Source: Takakia lepidozioides
Lineage: Eukaryota > Plantae > Bryophyta
Length of the DNA stretch: 64,000 bases
Direction: 5' to 3'
NCBI GenBank assembly: GCA_030704615.1
Contig: CM060731.1
Coordinates: forward strand, 27,714,001 to 27,778,000
The first letter of the stretch is position 1; each line of letters opens with the position of its first letter. Positions 1-11,899 of this stretch are shown here, piece by piece. Below the pieces are notes generated by a model that was not told the DNA's origin, did no database searches, and worked only from the letters and a program-made list of their open reading frames with translations. The translations under genes were made by a program, and so were the position numbers.

Positions 1-43
1 AACTTGTTGTGATACTGCTATGCCTTGAGTTAGTGGTGCCAGA

Positions 44-3000
44 GTGGGTGTCCATCTCAGAGGGAGAGCTCTTGATGCGGACACCATGTCTGAAGGTGTT
101 TTGGTCAATGCCATCCGTATGTACCAGGAATCCATAGGAGAGAAGGGGGAGGCTGCTGAAGAAAAAGATGGTGTTGCCAATTTAGGAACTGAGGACCTGC
201 GTGGAGAGGTGGACTTCCCTGTTGAGAGCGAATGTCTTAATCAAAAAGAGATGATCAAAGTAGATTCTGCGGATGATGCCCCGTTCGTGTATGTGGACCC
301 ACTTCCGGAAGCTCGGAGACTCTGCGAAGCATTCAACTCAGATGACTACATGACCGCCCCGGTGAACTTTCTATCTACCGATGGGTCTGACACGACTAAA
401 GAGGTCATGGACAGTGACATGGACGGTGCGGAGTCCTGCTGTTCGTCAATGAAGCTGAGCTTCGAAGTGCTGGACGGGAAGCAGATGCCTAAATTTTTGC
501 CAGGTATCTTCCTATCCTCGCTGTCGACAGTTCTGCGAGTGTCTTGTGTTTCTAGAGTGGACGGATACTCTGGCAATGCCTTAATATCCTGTTGCCTCCA
601 AGCTGTCCTTCCGCCTACGCCTTATCCTCACACAAGATCACCGTGAACCCCTGCCACTGATTTTGCCTGCCCGAGGGAACTTCCTTCGCCTCTCACCCCT
701 TACGTTTCTTTCCTGCTGTCATCCATCTCGAAATTTCCTGTTGTGTGTGTCCGTAGCTGTCTGAATTATGAGGTTCAAAATGTAACGTCTCACTCATCGA
801 CCAAGATCTGGGAGTAATATGCTTCGGAGGCTATGCCATAGGCCACATTGAAGAGAACAGTCGTCGTCTTTCCATCTTCAAGCCAGTAGGCTCTATCTCC
901 TTCACTACCAGGTTTCTTTGCAGTCTGGTTTTCTCTCTCCCGCTTTCTTTTGTCCCGTAAGTTCTTTGAGCTTTCCGGGGCATTATAAGTTTCTTTCATT
1001 TCAGTTGAGCAATAGGTGTTTTTGGGCTGCTCGTGGTGCCCCTCTCTTTCTTCCTCTTGTCCCATAAGCTCTTTAAGCTTCCCGTGGACGTTACGAAGCA
1101 CCATTTCATTTAATTTCTCTTCTCTTTCATGTATGTGGGTAGAGTTGAAATGCCATCTGTTTTCTGTGGCAGAGGATGTCTTGGTGGCAATCAATGCTGG
1201 AGGTCAGTTGCTTTCATATGCCCCATTCGGGTTCAAGTTTCAAGAAGATCACCTTTTTTCAGGAGGGGATGTGTTGCGGACAGATGAGAACATTTCTGGA
1301 GCACTAGAACCATGTCTTTACCAGACTGCAAGATATGGGGACTTCTCCTACATCTTTCAGGACGTTCCAAGTGGCAACCTCCGTGTCGATTTACATTTTG
1401 CTGAGATCATTTTCACAAATGGGCCCCCGGGCATGCGAGTCTTTGATGTCATCATTCAAGGCGAGAAGGTGATATTCATACCTTTACTTGCACAACATGT
1501 GTGTGGCTTTTGAGACTATGTCTCATTGCAAAACTATTGCATTTGGTAGGAATCAAAACTAATTCCACGATTCCCTGTTGCAGTTACTGAAGCTTCCCTC
1601 GTGCTACCTTTCGGATGTGCATGGTGCCTCTCTCATACTCGTAGTCCCCTCCTCTTGTTGTGCCTCTGGCCCACATTCCTTCCCCGGCTAGAAGGCTGTG
1701 AAGCATATCCTTCCCATCACATACACACATCTTTCCACCTTCCACTGGCTGGAATCCAGCTGCTCAGTGGACTTCCCTGGAGATGCCAATTTGGCTGGAA
1801 ATCTGATGGTCATCCTCTGTGGACAGGTGATATCGGAGCTAGATGTGTATGCAGAAGTGGGGTCCAACAGTGCACTGGTTTTGAGTGTAAACACGTCAGT
1901 GAGTGAGGAGCGTACTCTGGCTGTCACTTTCGAAGGGGTCATCGGCAGCCCTATTGTCAATGCAGTTTGTGTCCGATCAGCCCAACCTCTTGGTAAGGTG
2001 TTTCACAGTCTTTGTCGTACAACAGTACTGGGGCTAGAGCAGTGGTGCCGGTTACATTGTTTCCTAGCTCGGTTTTATGTGGTGAGGTATACATCAACCT
2101 CAATTTCCTGTAACCTGGACTGTTCACTAAATGTCGGCTGTATGGAAAGATCAGGCTGACTTTCCACACTCTAAGGGTAGAAGTCCCTCAGAGTGCGGCA
2201 GGACGGTTGAAATTAAAATTCTGCATTGATTATCCAGCTGTCTGAAGTGGATGGCCAATAGGAAGGTTATAAACGTAACATATTATATGATTTTCCCAAC
2301 ACAGGTTCTTGGGAATAGCATCTCATGGGGTTGGAAAGTTTTTGCAGTGTCTAGTGAGGTTGTCAAGAGGAAGGTGCAGCAGTCTGTTGTGGAATCAGAT
2401 ATGAATGCATTCACAAGAACTCCTGCTGAAGTGCTGGACCAAATCAACTGTTACCGTCAAGCAGTTCAAGAAAAGGATTGGGAAATCCAGAAAATCACAG
2501 AGCACAAAGCCCGCCGCCAGCAGGTATTGCTCCTCTCTCTGTATTGCTTGCTTCTGGCTCCTTGTTTTCCTTTTTCTCACTTTGTAAAGTACCATTTCCT
2601 TTCATTTCATTTGTATTGGAGACCACCCTAAAGGTTATCGCTGTCTTTGGTTTGTATCCTGTGGTGATTTCCTCCATCACACTGATGCTCTAGTCCAGAA
2701 ATCTGGAAAATCAGAGTTGGTACTATCAGAGCAGGGTGTCGCAAAAATAGTGAAACGCCAGAGCTCTTTCCATCTTCCTCCTCTGGCCAAACTGGGTAGG
2801 AACCAAAGTTCCATACATTCGTCAGTCTGTTTTCCCTGCTGTCTTTGTTTTTGTGGATGGTACAATGTATTTGTAACATTTTTGGACCTCCGTGAAGGTT
2901 GAATCTTGCAGCCCTATTACCTGTCTACAGCTCTATCTCCCTCTCTTCTAAAGGCATTGGGGAGGTTCAGGGTGGGCTCCCACAGTCTGCAGATAGAGAC

Positions 3001-6000
3001 TGGTAGGTGGGACAACTTGCAATGCGAGGACCGTCTATGCCCTGGGAACAACAGGGAAATGAAAAGTGAAGAACTTTTCTTCTTTAACTGCCCTTTCTAC
3101 CAATTGCCTATTCCATGATACCCAATCTCTCACGGAGGTCTTCCATTACTATGGTCAGTAATGCTTGTCAGCTTACCTGGACCCTGAATCTTAGACAATC
3201 CCTTGAGCAATAGTTGTTTTTGGGCTGCTTTGGGGGACCTGTCTCTCTTTCTTGTTGTCTTCTTGTCCCATAAGCTCTTCTTCTTCCTCACAATCTTCCT
3301 CTCCAGGTTGCGATCTCTACCACCCAAAGCACCTTTTGGTTCATACTAGGCTAGGGTTCCCTCTTTGAGACTCATAGTCGTGAAGAAGACCGTCCTGGAG
3401 CCAGCCCGGTTCTTCAGAACCTCTATGAGACTCAAAAATGCTGGTTTGAAGACCTCTGGTTCAAGGTGGTCTCTCCGTTGCTCCCTTAATGTCACACAAG
3501 ATGGAACGTTGGAAGTTTCGTCCAGACAAGACTAAAAACACTGGTTTCAAGACCTCTGGTTTCAAGACGGTCTGTCCTTTGCTCCCGTGATGTCACACAA
3601 GATGGACCGTTTGTCAGTTTCTTCCAAACAAGACTGCAACGAGCTTATTAGGCTGCAGCTCATGGAACTTTAGGTTAGGTGGACCTGGAAACCAGTGAAG
3701 AAAGCAAAGCTGCAGTTCTATCAGGATTCCTCGGTGTTGATAGAAGCTTACAGCCCAGTTACTTGTCTGCAACTCTATCTCCATGTCTTCTAAGGGAATT
3801 GGAAAGGTTTATTGTGGGCTTAGTCAGTCTGCAGATAGAGATGGGTATTTTGCCCAAACGTGACCTCATCAGGAGCTGATGGATCTTCATGTTAGGCTGA
3901 CCTGGAAACCAGTCAATCTTGAAACAAAGCTGCAGTTCTATCAGCAGACATTCTCGGTCATCTTGTTTTTATTTCAATGGGAACAATGTCTTGGACAATC
4001 AAGCTCGAGAACAAGATTGGCAATCAATGAACGGATGGAGGGGATTGTCTACGATATAACCCCTCATGCAGAGCTGCCACTTTTCTGATTGACTCTCTTG
4101 GAATATGCAATAGTAACTCCCCCAAACCTCCTAGTAGGAACAGTGACAAAAGAAATCTTCTTGAGTCTCAATTTCCCTCCATCCATCTCTAGCACAAGCA
4201 GGGCACAAGCAGTCAGTGCGATGCAGGCTGTCCCACCTACCAGTCTCTATCAGCAGACAGCAGGAGCCCACCCTAAACCTTCCCAATGCCCTTAGAAGAG
4301 AGGGAGAGAGAGTTGTAGACAAGTAATTGGCCTGTAAGATTCTGTCCTTGCATATACAAGCAACAGTGGTAAAATCACTTCAGGCCCATGAGCACTCATG
4401 TCCATCTGCCTTTAGTCATTATTCGCTTGTTTCCTGAGGCATACGTGATATTGCCGAGTGCTAAAATAAGTAGTTGTGACTTGAAACTGTCTTCCACAGA
4501 TGAAGAACAAGGCACGCAAATGTGTGAGGGACTATGAAGCAAAGCTGGAGGAGTTGAAGCATGAATGTCATGAGGCGTGGATCTCTCTGCAGGAATCAAA
4601 CCGCATGAATGAAATGCTGCGTGATGACCTTGTAGCGAAGTCTCTCACTGTCGACACGCTTGGTACTCTCTTAATCCAGAGTCAGAGCAGGTTAGAGTCA
4701 GAGCAGGCTGGGAAGGGATAGACAGAGGAACAACCAAATACCAAGAATACCCTGGACTCGTCATATGTATGGCTTCAATTCATGTTTGTCACTGCTGCTT
4801 AAGTGTTAGAGAGAACCTAAGAGATCTGATTTCAATCGTTTTTGGCGCACAAAAACTTGAGTCAATCGCTCTTTGCTTCTCAGTTATTCATGTGTACTTT
4901 GTGATGCAAACAGCCAATGCAGTAGAGAACCAGGTGAATGAGCTGAATTCTCTGAAAGAGAAGGCTGATTTCCAGAAAAAGGGGTGGACCACAAAGCTAT
5001 TTGATGCGTTGGAGGAGATCCAGGTCAGTCTGTTGACACGCTCAATATCGCTGTGTATCTCTCTTCTCAAGCTGTTTTGCATGATTGGCTCCTTCCCAAT
5101 TCGCCTCCTCCTTTTTTTAGGTTTATTTGCTGGACGTAGTACCCAGAGCACTACCTACCCTTCATCCTGATCTCTCCAACTAGGGCTTTGGGGAATTCAA
5201 AGTTGGTTGACACTGACTACAACATATTCTCAATGACGATGTTCTTGTTCTCTCATATGAAGGCTTTAAAGAAGAGCCACAAAGCTCTTGCACAGCAAGC
5301 AAATGACTGGGTGACTTCTCTACCGGACATCAGTGACATGGCAACATCAGTGCAAGCTCTGGGTATTGTGTACTTCCTTTTACCCACACCCATAGAAAAT
5401 TTCATGCAAAGTCTCAATGTTACAATCAAATCACTCATCCTCCTCTTTATTGTAAGCCTTGCTAATGCAAACGTGCTGACCCTAAGCAAAACATGCTGAT
5501 AAGGTATAATTTGTGTAACTTAGCTCTTTAATATGGTTGGACTTCTGACAGTGTTATAAGGGATTTGTGGCAGTGAGTGAACATCGAGAGCTGTGTAGAA
5601 AGTATACTGAGGAAAGCCAGGAGCGCCGACATCTCTACAACAAAGTTCTGGAATTGAAAGGCAAGGTTTAAGTTTCTAGTTTAATCATGTTTCAACTCAC
5701 AGATAAGGTAATCGAAGGAATGAGTACTGTACTCCACATCACATTTACATTCCTTGGTTAGAGAGGAAGATTATTATGTTTCTCTGTTGCTCCCTCAATA
5801 TTGATTCTGGGGTGTGGGGACAGCAGGAAACATTCGGGTTTTCTGCCGGTGCCGGCCACTAACTGTAGGAGAAACAGCGAACGGGGTAATGTCAGTGGCT
5901 GAGTTTGAGTCAGCCAAGGACGGTGATCTTGTTATCCGCACAGGGAGTTCTGCTAAGAAGCTCTTCAAGTTTGACCGGGTGTTCTCACCTCAGGATGGCC

Positions 6001-9000
6001 AAGGTTTGTATCTTCCCTAACATATCATTATTTTCACTTTTATTGTTGCGAGATGGGACACAGATGAAAAAGAGAGGAACTTGACAGAATCTAGAGAATG
6101 GGAGATATGTGACAAGTATGATTAGAAAGAGGATGCAGGTTTCTTAAAGGATACCCAGCATAGTAATTTGATGCGCATGGTACCTAGGAACCCAAAGTGA
6201 AATCATTAACCAGGATGAAGCTCTATAAAATGAATTTGTTGATTGATCAGTCTATTAACGAGGGGAGGGAGGGATTCGAATGGCCAGAAAGTGGGGAAGA
6301 AAATAGGAAAGGTTAATGAACTGGACATTACTGATGTTAAATGTCTATCTTTGTGATACAACAGAGGATGTCTTTGCCGACACAGCTCCAGTTGTAGTTT
6401 CAGTACTGGATGGGTTCAATGTGTGCATTTTTGCATACGGGCAGACTGGATCTGGAAAGACATTTACAATGGAGGGAAGTTTAGGTCACCGTGGGGTGAA
6501 CTACCGTACTCTTGAGGAACTCTTTCGGGTGGCCACCCAGCGCCAAGGGCAAGTCAAATATGAGATATCAGTGAGTGTACTGGAGGTGTACAATGAACAG
6601 ATTCGGGACTTACTTGCCCCAGTCCCTTCCCAGGGCCAGGCAACAAAAAAGTAAGACTTAAGTCATTCAATATTGCTGTTACCTTCAGCATTACCTTGAT
6701 TCCGTAAGATCGCAGTACATAGGTTGAGAGTAATGGCTAACACCTAGAAGGGCCTCATACTCATGGCATAAGATCTGGGCCGAGGTAGTGGGTAAAATGG
6801 AAAATGCTAAATACATGTTGATCTACTTTTGTAATGGCTGGAAAGTTCCTTTATGGTCTATATTTTGCCTGTAACACTGTAACAAAACACTGGTTGGGTG
6901 TAGGCTGGAGATCAAGCAGATGGCAGAGGGAGGCCATCATGTGCCAGGCCTAGTGGAGGCTCAAGTGCAAGGAATGGCTGAGGTCTGGAATGTGTTGCAG
7001 ACTGGCAGCAGCACCCGTACTGTGGGCTCCACGCTCGCAAACGACCAGAGCAGCCGCTCCCACTGGTCAGGCTCATGTGTTCTCTCAGCAAATCCCTCAC
7101 TAACACCTGCACTGGTTCCTCATGGTGTAACAAGAACAACACAATCCTGTTGTTGCAGAACAGTGTTTATTGTTGTACAGTACCCGTTGGATAATCATAG
7201 AACAAAATTTTGTTAAGAGTACCTGGAAATCGACAGAATAGTTCCAAAGGTAACAACGATTGCTGTGCACAATTGTGTTGTACAGTGTTCCACTGTGCTG
7301 TAAGAACAACCATTATATGTTGCTACAATACTTGGCGACAAGTACTCAGTCCATATTTGTTTCTGTGCTTCCTCCTCCAGTTTGATCTATGATCTTCTTT
7401 CTGCATGACGGCATTAGGGGTTGTGGCTGGGTATGCTGTAATGTGTCACGTTTCTGTGCGCTATGGTGTTGCATTTAATGTCAATCTATTTTTTGTTGTA
7501 GTTGTGTGGAGGGTTGCAGACAAGCATGGGAAATTTGTTTGTTGTAAAGTTCGGCAATACTCAATTCTCTATTGAGTTGGTTGACCTATCTCTTCCTATA
7601 TCAACAGGTCATTAACTCAGCATCCTTGTGATACTTATGAACTGATGCTGTTTGCTCTACAGCATGCTGTGTGTGATGGTAAAAGGGGACAACACAATAA
7701 CAGGGGAGTGCACACGCAGCAAACTCTGGCTCGTGGATCTGGCTGGCAGTGAGAGAGTAGCCAAAAGTGATGCCCAAGGGGATCGCCTGAAAGAAGCTCA
7801 AAGTATCAATAAGTCGCTGTCAGCACTTGGTGATGTGATCTATGCTCTCACCACCAAAAGCAGCTATATCCCTTACAGGTCTGTTTTTATTGCTGTTATC
7901 TATACCAGGTATGGTTTTAACGAGGAATATGTGAGAGGAGAAAGTAGTTGGACAGATATTATAGTTATTATTTTGGCGCTTTATACAGATAGAAATACAG
8001 ATAAAAGAAATGAAATGGCACTTTATAACGGGGAAAACTGAAAGAGCTTATGGAACAAGAGAAAGAAAGACAAGCATTTATTATCCTGATTGTGAAAGAC
8101 CTCCGTGATAGATTGGGTATCAAGAAGAGCATATTTATAACGTGCAGAGAGGGAATATTGTACAGAGGCTTTCAATGAAATATAAGCAGTGATGATGGAG
8201 TAGTGGGACGTCAACTCTCTTTCATGGATACCGCGAGACTGGTGGCCATTTGTTCCTCCCTATTTATGATTTATTCTCTCCGCTCTGTTATGTTGTGCAG
8301 GAACTCCAAACTGACACATCTGCTGCAAGACTCCTTAGGTGCCCTTCTTCTGTCTCTCTTGCTCTGTTTGGACATTGTGAAGTTCCTCTCTTCTTGTCTA
8401 ACTAAGGGTGCCTGTACCCTTAGACAATCACTCGGGCAATAGATTTTATTATTTTTGTTTCCTCTCTCATGTTTTCCTCCATTTTGTCCCATAAGCACTA
8501 TGAGCTTTCTGCAGACGATCTAAAGCACCATTTCATTTCAGTTCTTTCTTTCTTCTTAGAAACTGAAGAACACTTCGTCTTCTATTGCCCTCTATACGAT
8601 GAGATCCGTGGGAGATTCCACTGTCTATTCCGTGGAACCCAATCTCTCACTGAAGTCTTCCACTATGAGGATCAGAAATGCTTGGCAGCTTACCTGCACT
8701 AGGCAGAGCCCTTAGACAATCACTCGAGCAATAGTTTTTGTCTTTGGCTCTGGGTTTTGTTTCCTCTCTCATGTTTTCTTCCATTTTGTCCCATAAGCTC
8801 CTATGAGCTTTCCGCGGACGTTATAAAGCACCATTTCATTTCATTTCATTTCTTCTTAGACAATCCCTTGAGCAAATAGTTGTTTCTGGGCTGCTTGTGG
8901 AGGGCTGCTGTCTGTTTCTTTCATTCTTTCTATCGTCCCATAAGCTCTGTGATCTTTCCATGGACGATATAAACTATTATCTCATTTCTTTCTCTTTGTC

Positions 9001-11899
9001 AGTGCTTCAGATTATACCCTCTGAATCAATCTCTTTTGAATGATGAAATATATCTTTCTTTGTAGATAAACAATTGTTCTCTGAAAGTCGTTCCTTCAGC
9101 GTTGGGTACGATGGATTACAAGCAATGGGGGGGTGAGGGGATGGGCTGCAGTTGGTGTTGTTTGAGGTTTGTTTGAGACACCAAATTTGATCCAACTGGT
9201 AAAAATACTAACACGGACCATTGACGATTTAGCCAGTTTAGCCAGTTTAGCCAGTGTAGAAATGAAATGAAATAGTACTTTATAACGTCCGCGGAAAGCT
9301 TAAAGAGCTTATGGGACAAAATGGAACAAGAGAGAGGAGACGAAACCAGAGCCAAAAAGCAATGGGGGGGTGAGGGGATGGGCTGCAGTTGGTGTTGTTT
9401 GAGGTTTGTTTGAGACACCAAATTTGATCCAACTGGTAAAAATACTAACATGGACCATTGACGATTTAGCCAGTCTAGCCAATTTAGCCAGTGTAGAAAT
9501 GAAATGAAATAGTACTTTATAACGTCCGCGGAAAGCTTATGGGACAAAATGGAACAAGAGAGAGGAGACGAAACCAGAGCCAAAAAGCAACCCAAAAAGC
9601 AACTACTGCTCAAGGGATTGCCTGAGGGTGAAGGCCTCGTGCAGGTAAGCTGCCAAGCATTTCTGATCCTCATAATGGAAGACTTCAGTGAGAGATTGAG
9701 TTCCACAGATCAGAAAGTGGAATCTCCCACGGATCTTATAATACAGAGGGCAATAGAACAAGAAGTGTTCTTCAGTTTCAATTTCCTGGTTGCTCCCGGT
9801 GCAAGCTGGGCATAGATGGAAAAGAAAAGACCCAGAACTAGAATTCAGAAGACGAATCTGAGCGCTAGGAGAAGTACCACCTTAGCTGACGGTTGCACCA
9901 TTACACTGCAATTGCAGGAGGGAATTCCAAGACACTTATGTTTGTACAGATCAGTCCAAACGAGGGAGATGTTGGGGAGACTCTTTGCTCTCTCAACTTC
10001 GCCAGCAGAGTGAGGGGGGTTGAGAATGGCCCAGTGCGGAAACAACTGGATTCTGGCGAGCTCTTCAAATATAAGCAGTTGGTGTGTGTCCATACCCTTA
10101 CTTTCACCTTGCGCTATTGTTCTCTTGCCCTGAGTTTGTTCTGAAAAGGCATACATCACTGTATGATGGAGACAGTCCAAAACATGTATTGTACAGACAG
10201 CAATGGGGTGGGTCTATGGAGTATGAGTCTCTGTAGTCAAGAATGCCAAATGTTCTGTGGGTGTCCTTCAATTGGCCTTGTTTATACGTGACTAGGTTTG
10301 CATGGAAGATGATTTTGCAGGCAGAGAGGGCGAAACAAGATGGTCGATCGAAGGAAGAGACAATCAAGAAAATCGAGGAGAGTTTACGGATCTCAGAAAC
10401 AAAGCTGAAAGCGCAGGAACAGATGTGCCAGGTTCTATCTGATAAGGTGCTCTTTCCTTCCTACTTCCATAACAGGACTGCAACTTGTGAACCCCTTTTC
10501 TGTATGAGGTTGGTTGGTATTGACGGAGCAGGGAGGTAATCCTTTGTGTCTACACTTTACACAGGTGAGGGAGAATATGGATCTCGAGGCTCAACTGATG
10601 GCGGAGAAGAGAGCTCGGTTGGCTGTCGAAGCATCACTCCTTGAGCAGAAAGTGCTAGCTGAAAAAGCAGCAGCGGAGTCCAAGTTGCTCTCCGAGAGAG
10701 CAGCATCGGAATCCAAGGTAGCAATGAAGAAGGCGCTGGAAAATGGCTTCACTATGGAGTGTCCTGCACATGCCAAGGACTCTGCCAGACTGCTCAAATC
10801 CGACATGGGACAGTCTCAGGTTACAGAAGCGGCACCTAGTCTTCGCTGTTTGCCTGTGTATGCCAATTATGTGTCAGTGATGAAGCAGATGAGTCTCGAC
10901 TTTTGAGGAAGATTGTGAGATGTGTGGAGAAGTCTGCATGAAGTTTTGATTGCATATGTCCTCTGAAAATCTTTGCTCTAGGGACCTCAAATTAGTTTCT
11001 TCGCTGTGCAGGTAAATCTACAGGTAACAGAGACTGGCAGCATGATGGAGATGGCACCTCGTCGCCCCCCCCTGCTGGAAAAAACCATGGAATATGTGGT
11101 GAAACCACCAGACACCAGTGAGTTCTTGAGGAATAGCACAGGTGAAGTGTTCGGAAATGAGAATGCAAATCCTCAGCTTGATGTTACTGAACCCCTGTCT
11201 TCTTTGAAACAAAGTTCAGAAGGGAAGTTGATGTCCTTATCTGCAAGGTTCTTTTCGCCCACCCCTTCAAAGGGTCTGGCCAGAAGAACCCGTCGAGCTT
11301 CTGGGTTTGTTGTTCCCATAAAGCAAGGCCCATCCATTCTCCTGAACTCCTTAGTGAGGAGATCTCATGACTCAGCTAGCAACTCAGCTCCCAGAATATT
11401 GTCTGATGAGCATGCATGTAAACTTACCGGTGGTGTGGATATGGCTGCCATGGGTTTCTCAAGTAACAGGCAAAGAGGGATGAAACCACTGACCAACCTG
11501 TCACGAGAAGTGCTAGCGGGTAATGATAATTCAGGTACTATTTCTAGACATGAGACAAATCTTTCACAACTCTTACAACAACCATCAGCGTTCAGGGGAC
11601 TGGGCATGGCTGCGACTGGATTACTCAGTCGTGTACAGCCGGCTACACAGCGGACTGTAACCTTCAGATCCCTCCCACCACCTGTGGGTGAGAAACTTGA
11701 GGACCTCCAGGCCAAGCCAGAGATGCTGCTATTCGGGATGGACCAGAAGCAGGTTGTGACAGGGAAGCTGAGAAGGGCAACTCTGTCAATTTCAAAGCCT
11801 TTTGGAAAGATCCCAGGTGCAGGGGCAGGGGCTCAGCGTGTTCTGACTACTGGTGTAAAGACCTCCGGTGTGCAATACAAAGGGAGACGATGGAACTAG
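44..11899 (+). CDS. Malectin-domain kinesin-14 (MDKIN / KIN14Q-R-like), multi-exon; the 5' end may lie upstream of the window
   Basis: Spliced model read by hand with consistent phases: <=44-503, 1173-1468, 1827-1992, 2348-2523, 4500-4662, 4914-5023, 5263-5362, 5574-5660, 5827-6003, 6365-6650, 6904-7065, 7663-7878, 8301-8338, 9918-10081, 10321-10446, 10565-10819, 11012-11899. Malectin motifs ([26 protein letters not shown]), coiled coil, kinesin-14 neck [11 protein letters not shown]-loop [30 protein letters not shown]. Confidence 0.92.
2884..3290 (+). mobile_element. Intronic 3' fragment of an RTE/RTEX-like LINE
   Basis: Translates as [18 protein letters not shown]...CP...FFFNCPFY, the same C-terminal region as the large LINE at 13634-13912. 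It is followed by the family 3' UTR (cttagacaatcccttgagcaatag...gtcccataagctc). Confidence 0.75.
3400..3960 (+). mobile_element. Degenerate, internally duplicated LINE ORF2 fragments in an intron
   Basis: [22 protein letters not shown] matches DITSKQDCNRLIIMELMELRVRRTWKLP at 14001-14198. A ~100-bp tandem duplication lies at ~3441 and ~3541. Confidence 0.6.
4080..4340 (-). mobile_element. Intronic LINE 3' ORF2 fragment (antisense to host gene)
   Basis: ORF 4131-4322 reads [21 protein letters not shown]...CPAC...[10 protein letters not shown]. Confidence 0.75.
7990..8130 (-). mobile_element. Short LINE 3' end with (CATTT)n tail
   Basis: agaaatgaaatggcactttataacg...gagcttatgg is the reverse complement of the family 3' tail. 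Confidence 0.55.
8415..8990 (+). mobile_element. Three head-to-tail LINE 3'-end copies in an intron
   Basis: Repeated cttagacaatc...gtcccataagc...gacg.tataaa.cacca-tttcatttc units at ~8415-8555, ~8558-8855 (includes [13 protein letters not shown]) and ~8856-8990. Confidence 0.7.
9121..9805 (-). repeat. LINE 3' end (minus strand) plus a 237-bp tandem duplication of flank and LINE tail
   Basis: Unit agcaatggggggg...gccaaaa occurs at 9121 and 9358. The LINE 3' portion ([13 protein letters not shown] region) continues to ~9805. Confidence 0.75.
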
